A program made the position numbers and the translations under genes. This document shows positions 29,874 through 39,727 of a stretch of 64,000 nt of DNA, piece by piece. The notes below the pieces were generated by a model. It worked only from the letters and a program-made list of their open reading frames with translations. It did not search any database and was not told where the DNA came from. The first letter of the stretch is position 1. The number at the start of each line of letters is the position of its first letter. The stretch is from a virus, in UHGV virus genome UHGV-0212524; one strand, 5' to 3'.

Positions 29874-30380
29874 ATGAGTGAGACTCTGGATTTTAATCAG
29901 CTCGAACAACACGATTTCGACCTCGGTGTTCGTGATATCGATGCTGATTATGAAACACGTTGTAAAGAGCTGTTTAACCGTTACGGTCAGCTCATCACCG
30001 GTGCCTCTGACGACACCGAATTCAGTTTAGATGAGTTTGAAAAAGCTCTGTCGTGTTTTATCACTGACTGTCTGGCGAAGAAAGCGTTGCTGGTCGAACT
30101 GAACTTAGACTCCGTCGAACCTACTGATGCCCATGCTGTGTTGAAAGAATCCATCATCCCAACTGATGAGATTATGGACACTGTCGCAGGTATTCGTGGT
30201 ACGTTTGAAACTGCCGTAGAAGAGTACACGGAACAGCTTCGTGAATCAGGACTGACGTTGTGTGCGCCAGCAGGTGAGCCATTACCGTCCGACGAAGAAA
30301 CTGAAGAAGCGCGTAGTCGCTTAGCGCGTTATGTCATTACGTCTATCTTGGTAGATGATCGCGAAGAGAATCTGCTGTAA
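29874..30380 (+). CDS. highly acidic protein (168 aa), DNA-mimic/anti-restriction candidate
   Basis: about 40 Asp/Glu versus about 14 Lys/Arg by manual count; lies 3' of the Dam gene. Confidence 0.5.
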   Translation: MSETLDFNQLEQHDFDLGVRDIDADYETRCKELFNRYGQLITGASDDTEFSLDEFEKALSCFITDCLAKKALLVELNLDSVEPTDAHAVLKESIIPTDEIMDTVAGIRGTFETAVEEYTEQLRESGLTLCAPAGEPLPSDEETEEARSRLARYVITSILVDDREENLL

Positions 30381-30385
30381 GCTGC

Positions 30386-30424
30386 CCCTCTCTCCGTTTG
30401 GAGAGAGGGTGTATTTATTTTACG
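30386..30424 (+). terminator. rho-independent terminator
   Basis: CCCCTCTCTCC-GTTT-GGAGAGAGGG hairpin plus T-rich tract. Confidence 0.8.
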
Positions 30425-30461
30425 CGTATAGCCGTAGTTATGCACAAGTAAACAAAATTAA

Positions 30462-30794
30462 TTGAGGAACAATCTGATGTGGTTAAGTGCTATTCACCGT
30501 GATTTGCCAAAACGTGACGTGTCGTTTACTGTTGATGACGCACCGATCGCGGTAGGCGTCGCGAAATTCGAAAGAATCGAAGAAGGGCAGTTTGTTGTAA
30601 TGGATGGCAACGACAACGAATTTATGTTGTATCATCCAGAAGTGGATACCTCTGAAATTTGTGACGGTGTTCTTTTGTTGTCCTGGCAAAAACCTGAAAC
30701 CAAAGAATGGATGTGGTGTGTTGCTAAACCGACGAATGAAGCCGGAACCGCATACGTGTTTGGGGAAATTTATGTCGAACCAGAACCACACTAA
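30462..30794 (+). CDS. hypothetical protein (110 aa)
   Basis: ORF. Confidence 0.5.
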   Translation: MRNNLMWLSAIHRDLPKRDVSFTVDDAPIAVGVAKFERIEEGQFVVMDGNDNEFMLYHPEVDTSEICDGVLLLSWQKPETKEWMWCVAKPTNEAGTAYVFGEIYVEPEPH

Positions 30795-30838
30795 TTTCGA
30801 TATAACTTCAGCATTGTGTTGTTAATGGTCTAAAAAAT

Positions 30839-30880
30839 TTAAGATATATTTCATCTATGTGAGAATTCTCACTTAACTAA
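30839..30880 (+). promoter_or_regulatory. promoter-like motif variant (TAAGATATATTTCATCTATGTGAGAATTCTCAC)
   Basis: shares GATATAT..TGTGAGA plus palindrome plus CTTAACTAA with the 50194 copy; upstream of gene 30896. Confidence 0.35.
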
Positions 30881-30895
30881 ATGGAGTAATCTAAA

Positions 30896-31165
30896 ATGGC
30901 TAAGATTTACATTGTTGAGAAACGTGCGGGTAATGTTCTTTCCTATTACGAAGAAGGTAAACCTGAAAAAGTTAAAACACTCAAACTCGACGGGTATGAA
31001 GTGAAGAGTTTACGCAAGGGTGTGAAGATTACCTTTAAAGGTCTGGTTCGCGCAGGTAACTTACACATTGTTAAGGCCGATGGTACGATGGCTGCGTTAG
31101 CACCTGTCAGTGCTGCGAAAACGACAGCCGGTCGTGGCTGCTACGGTAGCAGTCGTAAGATTTAA
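30896..31165 (+). CDS. hypothetical protein (89 aa)
   Basis: ORF followed by terminator. Confidence 0.5.
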   Translation: MAKIYIVEKRAGNVLSYYEEGKPEKVKTLKLDGYEVKSLRKGVKITFKGLVRAGNLHIVKADGTMAALAPVSAAKTTAGRGCYGSSRKI

Positions 31166-31171
31166 GCAGTG

Positions 31172-31210
31172 CCCCTCTCTCCTAATGGAGAGAGGGTACT
31201 TTTATTTTTC
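31172..31210 (+). terminator. rho-independent terminator
   Basis: CCCCTCTCTCC-TAAT-GGAGAGAGGG hairpin plus T-tract; near-identical stem to 30386. Confidence 0.8.
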
Positions 31211-31223
31211 TTCGAGGTGTGTG

Positions 31224-31712
31224 ATGACAACGGTATTAGTAACAAAGGATTACATTTTAGCTGATCGGTTGGTTGATTACGGCGGCACAGTTAAAGAGCT
31301 TCCTAAATTACACAAATACAAAAACAAATTCGTTGTTTACACTGGGGAACGTGTATTGGACTCGGATCTCTGGAAAACGACGATAATGTCCGGAGCAGAA
31401 AAATATTTGATCGAAGAAAAGCGAACTAAGGTTGAAGAGATATTTAAAGATCTTATCGAAAAAGAACAACTTTTCGATCAGGTTATCATTTTTACAGCTA
31501 AGGAAACACACTGGCTCGGGCTGCTAGAGGGTAAATTTGAATCTCGTGTACTGAATAAAAACACGGTTTGGGCAACGGGTTCGGGTCAAGGTTTTGCTCG
31601 AGCAGCATGGGCAACAGGTATAACCGAAAAGAATATCATTCCCTTAGTAGGTTCGATTGATACAGCTTCATCACAAACGTACGACTTATTTTACAGGAAG
31701 CACTTACGATGA
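31224..31712 (+). CDS. HslV/proteasome-like Ntn-hydrolase candidate (162 aa)
   Basis: Met-Thr-Thr N-terminus (MTTVLVTKDYILADRLV) and ATGSGQGFARAAWA resemble the HslV N-terminal Thr nucleophile and GSGG motif; start placed after the terminator. Confidence 0.4.
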   Translation: MTTVLVTKDYILADRLVDYGGTVKELPKLHKYKNKFVVYTGERVLDSDLWKTTIMSGAEKYLIEEKRTKVEEIFKDLIEKEQLFDQVIIFTAKETHWLGLLEGKFESRVLNKNTVWATGSGQGFARAAWATGITEKNIIPLVGSIDTASSQTYDLFYRKHLR

Positions 31713-32230
31713 AGATAAACGCTGTCTTAATTGGCGATGAAATTTTCGTTAATACAAAAACACAATATCTGTATTACGAAGGTATTACTGTAGTAGACGA
31801 CTATTACAGTAAATACGGTTGGTGGATTCCGACTCCTAACTCTTTACGATTAGAAGAAGCATTAACTGCTGAAGAGAATAAACTGGAAGATGACTGGACT
31901 TATATCAGTTCCGTAATTGACGTCAGTGGTCGAATTAAAGACGTCTACTGGGCTAAAGAGTCAGGGTGGCGTGTTACGCTACACCAATCTACACCAGTAA
32001 GATTGTTGTACGACCACTCGGATAGTTCAGAGTTAGCGTTTACCATTGAGACGCTCTCGGTACGTAAAGATTTGGATAACGTGGGTAAAGGGAAGTGGTC
32101 TATTGAACGCGTAGAGGAGATTCTCGGCCACTTTAAAGCCAACAACAAATTTAAACGTTGGTGTACATTACCTGAGTTAGTAGAAGAGTTGAAAAAGCGG
32201 GATTGCAAGCCGCTACCTTTTAACCCGTAG
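31709..32230 (+). CDS. hypothetical protein (173 aa)
   Basis: ORF. Confidence 0.5.
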   Translation: MKINAVLIGDEIFVNTKTQYLYYEGITVVDDYYSKYGWWIPTPNSLRLEEALTAEENKLEDDWTYISSVIDVSGRIKDVYWAKESGWRVTLHQSTPVRLLYDHSDSSELAFTIETLSVRKDLDNVGKGKWSIERVEEILGHFKANNKFKRWCTLPELVEELKKRDCKPLPFNP

Positions 32231-32276
32231 TCTTTTTTACAACTGCGGCTATTTTAATGATTAGGAGAATATAGAG

Positions 32277-32672
32277 ATGACCGCAATATTAGGTATAATG
32301 TCAAGAAAAGCTGATGTCATTGAGACATTTATTGACCAATATAACAACTCACCGTATACGCGTCTTAGATTGCGTATACCCCAGAATAGCACAGAATGGG
32401 TTCGTTGGTTTAGGATTTGGGATAAAACAATAAGTAAAATTGATCCGTTATTTAGAATTAGGGTTGAACCTGCTTATTGGATTGTAATGGAAATTTCGCT
32501 ACTACGTATTATCGAAAAACGTCCTATTGACACCATGACGATGTTTGGGAAAGATACGTATAAAATGTTGACCAACGGTTTTGTAGGTAATGGAGAACAC
32601 ACCTTGTATCAGGCAATGCTGGAAATGTGTTTGTTCGATTTAGTTACTTACGAATTGGGGATTTCAAAATGA
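32277..32672 (+). CDS. hypothetical protein (131 aa)
   Basis: ORF. Confidence 0.5.
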   Translation: MTAILGIMSRKADVIETFIDQYNNSPYTRLRLRIPQNSTEWVRWFRIWDKTISKIDPLFRIRVEPAYWIVMEISLLRIIEKRPIDTMTMFGKDTYKMLTNGFVGNGEHTLYQAMLEMCLFDLVTYELGISK

Positions 32673-33133
32673 ATTGCTTCGAATCTAAAGAAATTGTTGA
32701 GTTGTTTAAACAGCGTGAGAAAACCACTTTCCGTGACTTGTACGATTCCGATTACCGTCCTCTGTTTGCGGTATTGCTGAAACTGGATAAAGAACCCGAA
32801 ATTGCATTAGCAGAAGTTCAACATCACCACATCAGTTTCGTATTAACTGAAAACAAGGAACGTTGGGTAGATGACATACTGGGTCGTATTGCGCTTTTGG
32901 AAACACCACATCGTTGGGAAGTGGTTATTCAGAAATCGCTGTTCCCACGGGAAGATATTTTCAACAATTATCGTCCGAAACAGTATTACAACCACGACGG
33001 GTCGCCAAAACGTGCTTTCCTGGCACCGCAACACTTCGTAACCTACGTAACGTTGCGTTATAAAGACACCGTGGTGCCGTTTGACACCTACCTGGAAATG
33101 CGTGAGATAATTTTAGGGAAGAGTCCGTCATGA
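32669..33133 (+). CDS. hypothetical protein
   Basis: ORF; ATGA start/stop overlap with preceding gene. Confidence 0.5.
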   Translation: MNCFESKEIVELFKQREKTTFRDLYDSDYRPLFAVLLKLDKEPEIALAEVQHHHISFVLTENKERWVDDILGRIALLETPHRWEVVIQKSLFPREDIFNNYRPKQYYNHDGSPKRAFLAPQHFVTYVTLRYKDTVVPFDTYLEMREIILGKSPS

Positions 33134-33612
33134 TTCAATTTTCTGTTGGCGCAGAAAGACTGGCGTCGTTTAAAGAACGTGCTCAGTCTGCAATCAAAAA
33201 CGGTTACATTGAGAAAGGTGTTCGTGATACCTGTAAACTAATCAACGACCATCCGCACCTGGCGACAATGTGGAGCTGTGAAGGTCACGGTATGTATTCT
33301 AAGTCACCTGGAAATCTGCATATCGTTTTTGCAACAGACGCTATTGGAAGTCAGATTCCAATGCAGGTTATGACCGAACTTGCAAAATCAGATTTACCGA
33401 ATTTCTGGAATCTTAGTTTGTGTCGTCTTTATATACCAGACGCATACACGGATTTGGTATATCTTGAACCTGACTATGGATTAAATACCGATGACACGTC
33501 TTACTGGTCTTGGAAAATCGGATACATGTGCTTGATTAATCGGCCTGTATTAATTGAAGCACGTCAAGCTCTTTACAAAGCATTTCACACAGTATTAGTT
33601 GAGAATAAATAA
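33130..33612 (+). CDS. hypothetical protein (160 aa)
   Basis: ORF with ATGA overlap. Confidence 0.5.
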   Translation: MIQFSVGAERLASFKERAQSAIKNGYIEKGVRDTCKLINDHPHLATMWSCEGHGMYSKSPGNLHIVFATDAIGSQIPMQVMTELAKSDLPNFWNLSLCRLYIPDAYTDLVYLEPDYGLNTDDTSYWSWKIGYMCLINRPVLIEARQALYKAFHTVLVENK

Positions 33613-34304
33613 TGGCTACCAAACAAAAGAAACCTCGTAACAAAAAGTATAACCCGAAAGCGGCTGCTAACCGTACTGCGCACACCATTGCTGAAAATGC
33701 GCTAAACCGTATTACTTTCGTCGGTAGCTCTATTCGTCCTATTGGTCCGTACGCAGGTCGTGGTTTCCAGTTCACAACGTCACCGCGTATGCGCATGGCA
33801 GCGACTGATATGTTAATCGGTGGTTTGTTTGACGAACCACGTAACTGGAAACTCTGGGTTGCGCATCTGTACGAAACAGATAATGGTGTACAAGCAGAAA
33901 CCGTCGTGGCCACGCTTGACGACTACACGTTAAGTGACTTCTGTCAGCACGGCGACAAAATCATCAAGTCGCTACGTGAGACAGAAGAAAACTACTTCGG
34001 CTATGCTTTCGTTGCTGCGCCTAATGAACGCTATGATTTCGACCAGGGAGAAGAACGCTTACTGGAAAACTTCATGCATTCTGGACTATTAGACAAATCC
34101 TTACACTTACCTGAAGAGGAACTGATGGTTTCGCGTAAGGATATGGTAACGTTGCTGTTAGCCGACCGTGGTCGTTTTGATATCACCGAGCCACATGTAC
34201 GTAAAGTACAGAAACTCGTGGATAAAGTAGACGAAACTGACCTGGACACTAATGAAGTCGCAACACGTATTCAAAGTGTAGTAAACCAGATTGAGGATTA
34301 CTAA
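33612..34304 (+). CDS. hypothetical protein with basic N-terminus (230 aa)
   Basis: ORF; N-terminal KQKKPRNKKYNPK. Confidence 0.5.
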   Translation: MATKQKKPRNKKYNPKAAANRTAHTIAENALNRITFVGSSIRPIGPYAGRGFQFTTSPRMRMAATDMLIGGLFDEPRNWKLWVAHLYETDNGVQAETVVATLDDYTLSDFCQHGDKIIKSLRETEENYFGYAFVAAPNERYDFDQGEERLLENFMHSGLLDKSLHLPEEELMVSRKDMVTLLLADRGRFDITEPHVRKVQKLVDKVDETDLDTNEVATRIQSVVNQIEDY

Positions 34305-34306
34305 AC

Positions 34307-34837
34307 GTGATAGCACGACTTGTGGGTTGGTTTAAGCAATGTCGTGCAAAGGCGGTCGAATGGCCGCCTATTACGCATGACGAGAAAGTGGCTCTTTTTT
34401 TGAGATATAACAAAGACTTGAAGAGATTAGGTGGATTAATGCGCTTAACGGAACGTCAGGTTTTTGCTAAGATTTCGAGCAGCGAGTTGCGTAAAGAAGT
34501 AATTCCACACCTATCCTTTTTAGGGCAGGTTTATGCAATGACGACAGAGGAATTTTTATCAACCCAAGGTAGCGAACGGCCACATATTCGGTTTTCCGTC
34601 GTAGGTGAACCTGATACGGTAGGTGAAATCGATTTTAAGATGCTGTATCGCAGAATAAAAGATGATGGGTTTATACATGTTAAACGATTATCAGAAACTT
34701 CTGTGGTGATTTATCATCGCACTGATCAGGATTTGTTAGGGTGTGTTATAAGGCTAACAAATTTACGTAGTTTTTACGTTGATTTACTTACAGACTTTTA
34801 TCCGGAACCTTGGTGTTTTATAGATGAAAATAAATGA
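34307..34837 (+). CDS. hypothetical protein (176 aa)
   Basis: ORF. Confidence 0.5.
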   Translation: MIARLVGWFKQCRAKAVEWPPITHDEKVALFLRYNKDLKRLGGLMRLTERQVFAKISSSELRKEVIPHLSFLGQVYAMTTEEFLSTQGSERPHIRFSVVGEPDTVGEIDFKMLYRRIKDDGFIHVKRLSETSVVIYHRTDQDLLGCVIRLTNLRSFYVDLLTDFYPEPWCFIDENK

Positions 34838-35036
34838 CGGATATATCATTTCAGCAATCGTTTCAACTGCGTTGATTGTAGCGATGTTGATGTTCTACGT
34901 TAAGACGTCTGACGAATCACGTAGAGACTCCCTTTATCGTGAATGTATGTCAGGCACTACTGTAGATAATCCACGCTACGCTGAATTAGTAATGGCGTGT
35001 ACGGAATACGCTAATCGAATGGGAGGAGGGAAATGA
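34824..35036 (+). CDS. small membrane protein (70 aa)
   Basis: hydrophobic segment ISAIVSTALIVAMLMFYV. Confidence 0.45.
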   Translation: MKINDGYIISAIVSTALIVAMLMFYVKTSDESRRDSLYRECMSGTTVDNPRYAELVMACTEYANRMGGGK

Positions 35037-35230
35037 AAATTTGGTTGCCGATTCTAGTTTTTATCGTTATTGCAGGGGCACTCGCAAGTGCTGAGTTAGA
35101 TAGCCGTACTTTAGAAACGAAACGTGAATTGTACCAGGACTGTATAAAGGATTATACACCGGGTACAGAGCTTCATGCACAAGCTGTAAAAAGTTGTGCG
35201 TTGATGGCTGAATCGCAGACTCGCTCCTAA
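35033..35230 (+). CDS. small secreted/membrane protein (65 aa)
   Basis: N-terminal MKIWLPILVFIVIAGALASA. Confidence 0.45.
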   Translation: MKIWLPILVFIVIAGALASAELDSRTLETKRELYQDCIKDYTPGTELHAQAVKSCALMAESQTRS

Positions 35231-35604
35231 TGCGTATCTGGACGCTACAACTCGCTAAGTGGCGGTTAGCTAAGCAGAAAGGATTTCACGCGGTGGATAT
35301 CACCGTGAAGTCAGGTCGAAAGGAACTCGCCCCCGACTGGGATTTCCTAATGGCGTATAAATCTTCTGTCAAGGACGCTGCCGCTGAACGTGAGTACACG
35401 ATAAAGTATTTGTACAAACTCGAACGACTGTTAGATACTGATGCCGAAGTTTTAGTGTCGTTACTCAGACACGATGACTTGGTTTTGATGTGTTATTGTC
35501 CCGCAGGTAAGTTTTGTCATCGACACTTACTGGCGAACAAACTTCAAGAAGTGGGAATGATGTTTGGTATCGACGTTGTGTTGTGTGGAGAATTAACCGA
35601 ATAA
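35230..35604 (+). CDS. DUF488-like protein candidate (124 aa)
   Basis: CYCPAGKFCHRHLLA motif resembles the CxC...CHR signature I associate with DUF488/YeaO-like proteins; from memory only. Confidence 0.3.
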   Translation: MRIWTLQLAKWRLAKQKGFHAVDITVKSGRKELAPDWDFLMAYKSSVKDAAAEREYTIKYLYKLERLLDTDAEVLVSLLRHDDLVLMCYCPAGKFCHRHLLANKLQEVGMMFGIDVVLCGELTE

Positions 35605-35669
35605 AAAATTCTATCGAAATCTTCCGGAAAAATCACTAATCATTCTTGATTTTTAACTACAGAATAGTC

Positions 35670-35716
35670 TCCTACCGCCCGATTCTATGGGCGGTAGGTG
35701 TTTTATTTTTTTTTGA
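35670..35716 (+). terminator. rho-independent terminator
   Basis: CCTACCGCCC..GGGCGGTAGG hairpin followed by a long T-tract. Confidence 0.8.
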
Positions 35717-35730
35717 TCTCGGAGGGTTAA

Positions 35731-36294
35731 GTGGCCACACCATACGTACCTGATTTGAGTCTGACCTCAGCAGAGCTAGTGGTCGCTTTAATCAATCACG
35801 ATAATGGGTTACAGCTTACGCTAAACGAAATACGTATTAGCGGGACCGTAACAAACTCATCTCCAACAACTTCGCGTCGTAACACCATTACCGAAATCAG
35901 TAAAATCAGAAAACCAGATGGTGCGTCTGTTGTGGTTTATTACGACAGACTCGACGCAGATGAAGTATTAACGTATGAACCCATTCTGATTTCGTTAGAC
36001 GGTACTGAAGACAACGTTCGTGACATTCTTAGTGTTGTAAATGAATTCTGCGGAACGAACTTACAACCCGAGGATTTACGTGCTTCAGATATCACTTTAG
36101 GTAACGATCCCATTTCCGTTAACGTTGCCGACGATTCTCCTGCGTGGATGAACGCGTTTATGGTGACGTTGTTTGATACAACCGAACGGGCATTAGCAAA
36201 CGAAGAAGATGCAATCTTCTGTATTGGTGACAATGCCGTTCTTACATTCGAGGTTACAGATGGCGACAGCACTGAAGAAGACGAGACTCCATGA
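35731..36294 (+). CDS. paralog-family protein (187 aa), first gene of the tail-fibre module
   Basis: GTG start with GGAGGG RBS; shares PDLSLTS...YYxRL...CGxNLQPxDL with 45858..46370. Confidence 0.55.
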   Translation: MATPYVPDLSLTSAELVVALINHDNGLQLTLNEIRISGTVTNSSPTTSRRNTITEISKIRKPDGASVVVYYDRLDADEVLTYEPILISLDGTEDNVRDILSVVNEFCGTNLQPEDLRASDITLGNDPISVNVADDSPAWMNAFMVTLFDTTERALANEEDAIFCIGDNAVLTFEVTDGDSTEEDETP

Positions 36295-36721
36295 GCTCGA
36301 AAGCTACGCAGGCACACCGCAGGGCGGGGTACTGCTGTATAGCAAAGACAATAAAGAATATAAAATTGATGTTGATAAGTTAGCCCCGGTTGCGACAGTC
36401 ACCACGGTTAACGGTTCGAATAATGCCGCCACGTTGGATTTCAATACCAGCACTGACATTATTCTGGTGTTAAACGATCCCACTACTACGGTGACGTTCG
36501 CAGCCCTTACTAACGTTGCGGAAAATACCCGTTTCGAAGTAATGCTAACGTTTAAGCAGGGAACAGGGGCGAATAAAGTAACCTGGCCTGAAAACGTTAA
36601 GTGGCCTCACGGTGCAAAACCGGTTTTATCCTACACGGCAAATGCGGAAGACACTCTGTCGCTTTATACCCTTGACGGGGGTGCCACTTGGAAAGGTTCT
36701 CTTCTTGCAGCGGGTTACTAA
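36260..36721 (+). CDS. small protein with tail-fibre-like N-terminal domain
   Basis: MATALKKTRLHELESYAG..GVLLYSKDNKEYK resembles the N-terminus of the 1488-aa fibre (MAKAVKKIRLHDLRPYTG..GVLLFSKDEKDYK); internal ATG chosen. Confidence 0.5.
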   Translation: MATALKKTRLHELESYAGTPQGGVLLYSKDNKEYKIDVDKLAPVATVTTVNGSNNAATLDFNTSTDIILVLNDPTTTVTFAALTNVAENTRFEVMLTFKQGTGANKVTWPENVKWPHGAKPVLSYTANAEDTLSLYTLDGGATWKGSLLAAGY

Positions 36722-39700
36722 ATGAGAAAACATTTTCAGCGTCACGCGATTAGCTACGCGTTATCGTTAGCTTACGGTCACCAATCCTTCGTTACCCGGA
36801 ATACGGGAACGACTAACGACGCACATATCGATCATTACATTCAAAACGAAGAAGGTGTTCTGTCGAATAACCGTCATTTCATCGCTGATACCATGGCGGA
36901 ATACCAACCGAACGGTGACGCAACGACCGAGGGTCAGTCGTTACACATTATCGGTTATTGCCACATGTATATCGCAACAAAAGACGAAAGATGGTTAGAT
37001 GCTGCGAAACACGCCTGGGATGCGTACAACACGTACTTCTACGCCGGACAGCCTATTCCGACAACACCCCAGCGTCGGATTTGTAACTGGTTAGTAAACG
37101 GGAAAGAACCGGTATTAGCACACTATCCTATTCACCCTACGGAACCTACCAACGGCGGGTATAAATGTGTTCCTGTAAGGTTTACAAATGGCCAATGTAA
37201 GATACCGCACGGTGCACCTTTCTGGGGAGAGTATTTGGATATCTGTACGTTTGCATATCGTGGCCACCCTGCCTGGGCCGCGATTAACGCAGATGTACAG
37301 ATTATCAAGGAAGACAAAGAAGGGTCGATTAATTGGGAAGACGTTTTAACTCACGTTATTACTAATCCTGATAAGCCTTACGAAAGCACAGCTTGGGTCG
37401 ATTGGCCAACACTGCTAAATAATACTACAGGTTACACCCCGCTTTGGGGCGGCTCTGCAACAAAAGCTCCTAAACACGACGTTGACTGGATAATTGCCTG
37501 GACGGGTAACAAAATCCAGGATGGTGAAATTATTGAGACGGGATTAGCAGACGCTGATAAAGGTACCGTACAGTTAAAAGACACACAGTTAAACGGTGTC
37601 TATTTAATTAACTACGCGGTAAAACTTCCTGTCGAACACGGCGGTTACGAATTTAAACGTAATGAGCCGTGGCACAACCGTCCGGTCCACACACCGTTCT
37701 TAGGGTCGAAAAACCAATACGGTAACGCCGCTGATGCTGAACTGTGGTTTATCGACGCCTGTTATTTGCTGTGGCGAATCACAGGTGAAGAGAAATACAA
37801 ACAAGCATTAGACTGTGCTTTCTACACCGCACATGAGTACACGTATATTGATGCGACAGATAAATTCTTCCGTCGTTCTACCGCTGCGGATACACCGTTT
37901 ACTGACGGTATTTCGTACGATTTCGATTACCCAGATACCGTAAGTGCCACCTACGGCCGTGATGAGAATGGAGACATTACCATCCACGTGCCTGAAGCGG
38001 CGCAGCACTTTATGGAGCAAAAAGCGGTTAGGTTCAGGATTAACAAAGACTCTAAACTACGTGTCACGTACGGTGGAGTTTGTAAGAATGGCGATCCTGT
38101 CTACTGTAAAGTGATGGTGAACATTAACCCTGCGAAAGCTGATACCGAGGAGGTAAACTGGTACGGTTTAACCTTACCTCGGTCTACGGTAAATACCGTT
38201 AAACAGTACGATGTTGACTTAGGCCAACTTTCCCGTATTACCACCCCAGAAGGGGGAGACTACCTGATAGCTGAAGCCCGTGCGTGTTCGGACTACGGTG
38301 GTTGTACGTGGGAAGAACGTTTTGAGGATAGCATTTACGATGGTCGCGCGGGTACCGTGGTAGAAGCGGAATTTCCTGATGACAGTGCCGGGTTTATTAT
38401 CGGGTTTTGGTTAACCGCTGAAGAGAAGGTAAAACCCGTTTCTATTGTTTACCGTGCAGACGCAGATTTTAACTTGCGTTTAGTCGACAGTGATAACTGG
38501 CTTTGGTGGTGGATGTTACCCAACACAAACAACGAATGGCGTCAGGTAACGTTGAATCCGGATGAAGCCACACTTTCCGGTTATCAGCCAGACCACACAG
38601 ACGCTGACCCTAAACCTTCAGCACCGAATTTCGATAAGGTGGATCAGGTCACGATTCTTCCTGACTCCACAGTTGACCATGCACACTTTGCTTACTATTG
38701 TGTTAACGATGTCCCACCGGTCTTTAATAAAGACGATGGTTATATTTTAACCTTCCGTATTGCCTTACGCGGTGGTGCAGAGTTTGATGCAAAGGTGGGT
38801 GATTGTACGATTGTAGATTACCGATTGGATTCGTTAGCGTACTGTCCGGGTACGATACCGTTCACGAACAGCTACTTAGAAGGTTCAGAACAGTTAGGTG
38901 CTTGGCACGGGATGCCTTATCCAGGTTATCAGTATCCGTTTATGTACAGTATCCACAAAGACGACCGGTATAAGTTGTGGTTAGATAACCAGATTCAATT
39001 CCTGCACGATTCGCAGTTGGCTTACCAACAGCAAATTGGGGAATTAGGACCTGGTTGCGCAGCTTATATCTGGAACCGTTGGGACAACTACAGCTACGGA
39101 GAAGCGGATACCTGGACGACGTTCCATTGGGGTGATGACCATCCTTGGGCAGGGTATCAGCCTCGCGCGTTTCATGCTGCGTGTCGGTGTTGGTACGAAC
39201 TGAAACTGCGAGGTAAAGACGTTCCCGAGGCGTTAACAACCTATATTGACAACTGGGTGAATTGGCTAGGTGGGTTTGTGGATCGGTTTAACGGCCACAC
39301 TCCTAACGAGTTCCCTACAGCACCGGATAAAGCTGTTTGGGTGGAAAACGACTTCACCGCACATATGTGTGGGTTGTGGTTAGCAGGGTGTTGCTGGGCA
39401 TTACTCGCCGGTGCAACGAATCCGAACTACGAAAAAGTGGTTAATGCGGCAATTAAGGAGTTAGGTGAAGGGTTTACGATTACCTCAATTCCGAATAAGC
39501 CGATTAATGGAGCGTGGTCTCCAGCCGCTCGAGAGTCTTCTGATAACGGAATGGCTTATGGGTTCTACACTGGAGAAGTGCTACGTGCGTTAGGTCTCTA
39601 CGTTACTTATAAAACCTACGGACCCAACGCTAATATTTATCGTGACTTAGCGATTACTGACCACAGTCAAGCGGTCTTAGACGTTACGTTAACGATAGAA

Positions 39701-39727
39701 GATGTTCCATTAAAACCGGAGCAATAA
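36722..39727 (+). CDS. large tail-associated protein (1001 aa), possible tailspike/enzymatic fibre component
   Basis: long ORF inside the fibre module, Trp/Tyr-rich; function not recognisable from sequence. Confidence 0.55.
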   Translation: MRKHFQRHAISYALSLAYGHQSFVTRNTGTTNDAHIDHYIQNEEGVLSNNRHFIADTMAEYQPNGDATTEGQSLHIIGYCHMYIATKDERWLDAAKHAWDAYNTYFYAGQPIPTTPQRRICNWLVNGKEPVLAHYPIHPTEPTNGGYKCVPVRFTNGQCKIPHGAPFWGEYLDICTFAYRGHPAWAAINADVQIIKEDKEGSINWEDVLTHVITNPDKPYESTAWVDWPTLLNNTTGYTPLWGGSATKAPKHDVDWIIAWTGNKIQDGEIIETGLADADKGTVQLKDTQLNGVYLINYAVKLPVEHGGYEFKRNEPWHNRPVHTPFLGSKNQYGNAADAELWFIDACYLLWRITGEEKYKQALDCAFYTAHEYTYIDATDKFFRRSTAADTPFTDGISYDFDYPDTVSATYGRDENGDITIHVPEAAQHFMEQKAVRFRINKDSKLRVTYGGVCKNGDPVYCKVMVNINPAKADTEEVNWYGLTLPRSTVNTVKQYDVDLGQLSRITTPEGGDYLIAEARACSDYGGCTWEERFEDSIYDGRAGTVVEAEFPDDSAGFIIGFWLTAEEKVKPVSIVYRADADFNLRLVDSDNWLWWWMLPNTNNEWRQVTLNPDEATLSGYQPDHTDADPKPSAPNFDKVDQVTILPDSTVDHAHFAYYCVNDVPPVFNKDDGYILTFRIALRGGAEFDAKVGDCTIVDYRLDSLAYCPGTIPFTNSYLEGSEQLGAWHGMPYPGYQYPFMYSIHKDDRYKLWLDNQIQFLHDSQLAYQQQIGELGPGCAAYIWNRWDNYSYGEADTWTTFHWGDDHPWAGYQPRAFHAACRCWYELKLRGKDVPEALTTYIDNWVNWLGGFVDRFNGHTPNEFPTAPDKAVWVENDFTAHMCGLWLAGCCWALLAGATNPNYEKVVNAAIKELGEGFTITSIPNKPINGAWSPAARESSDNGMAYGFYTGEVLRALGLYVTYKTYGPNANIYRDLAITDHSQAVLDVTLTIEDVPLKPEQ

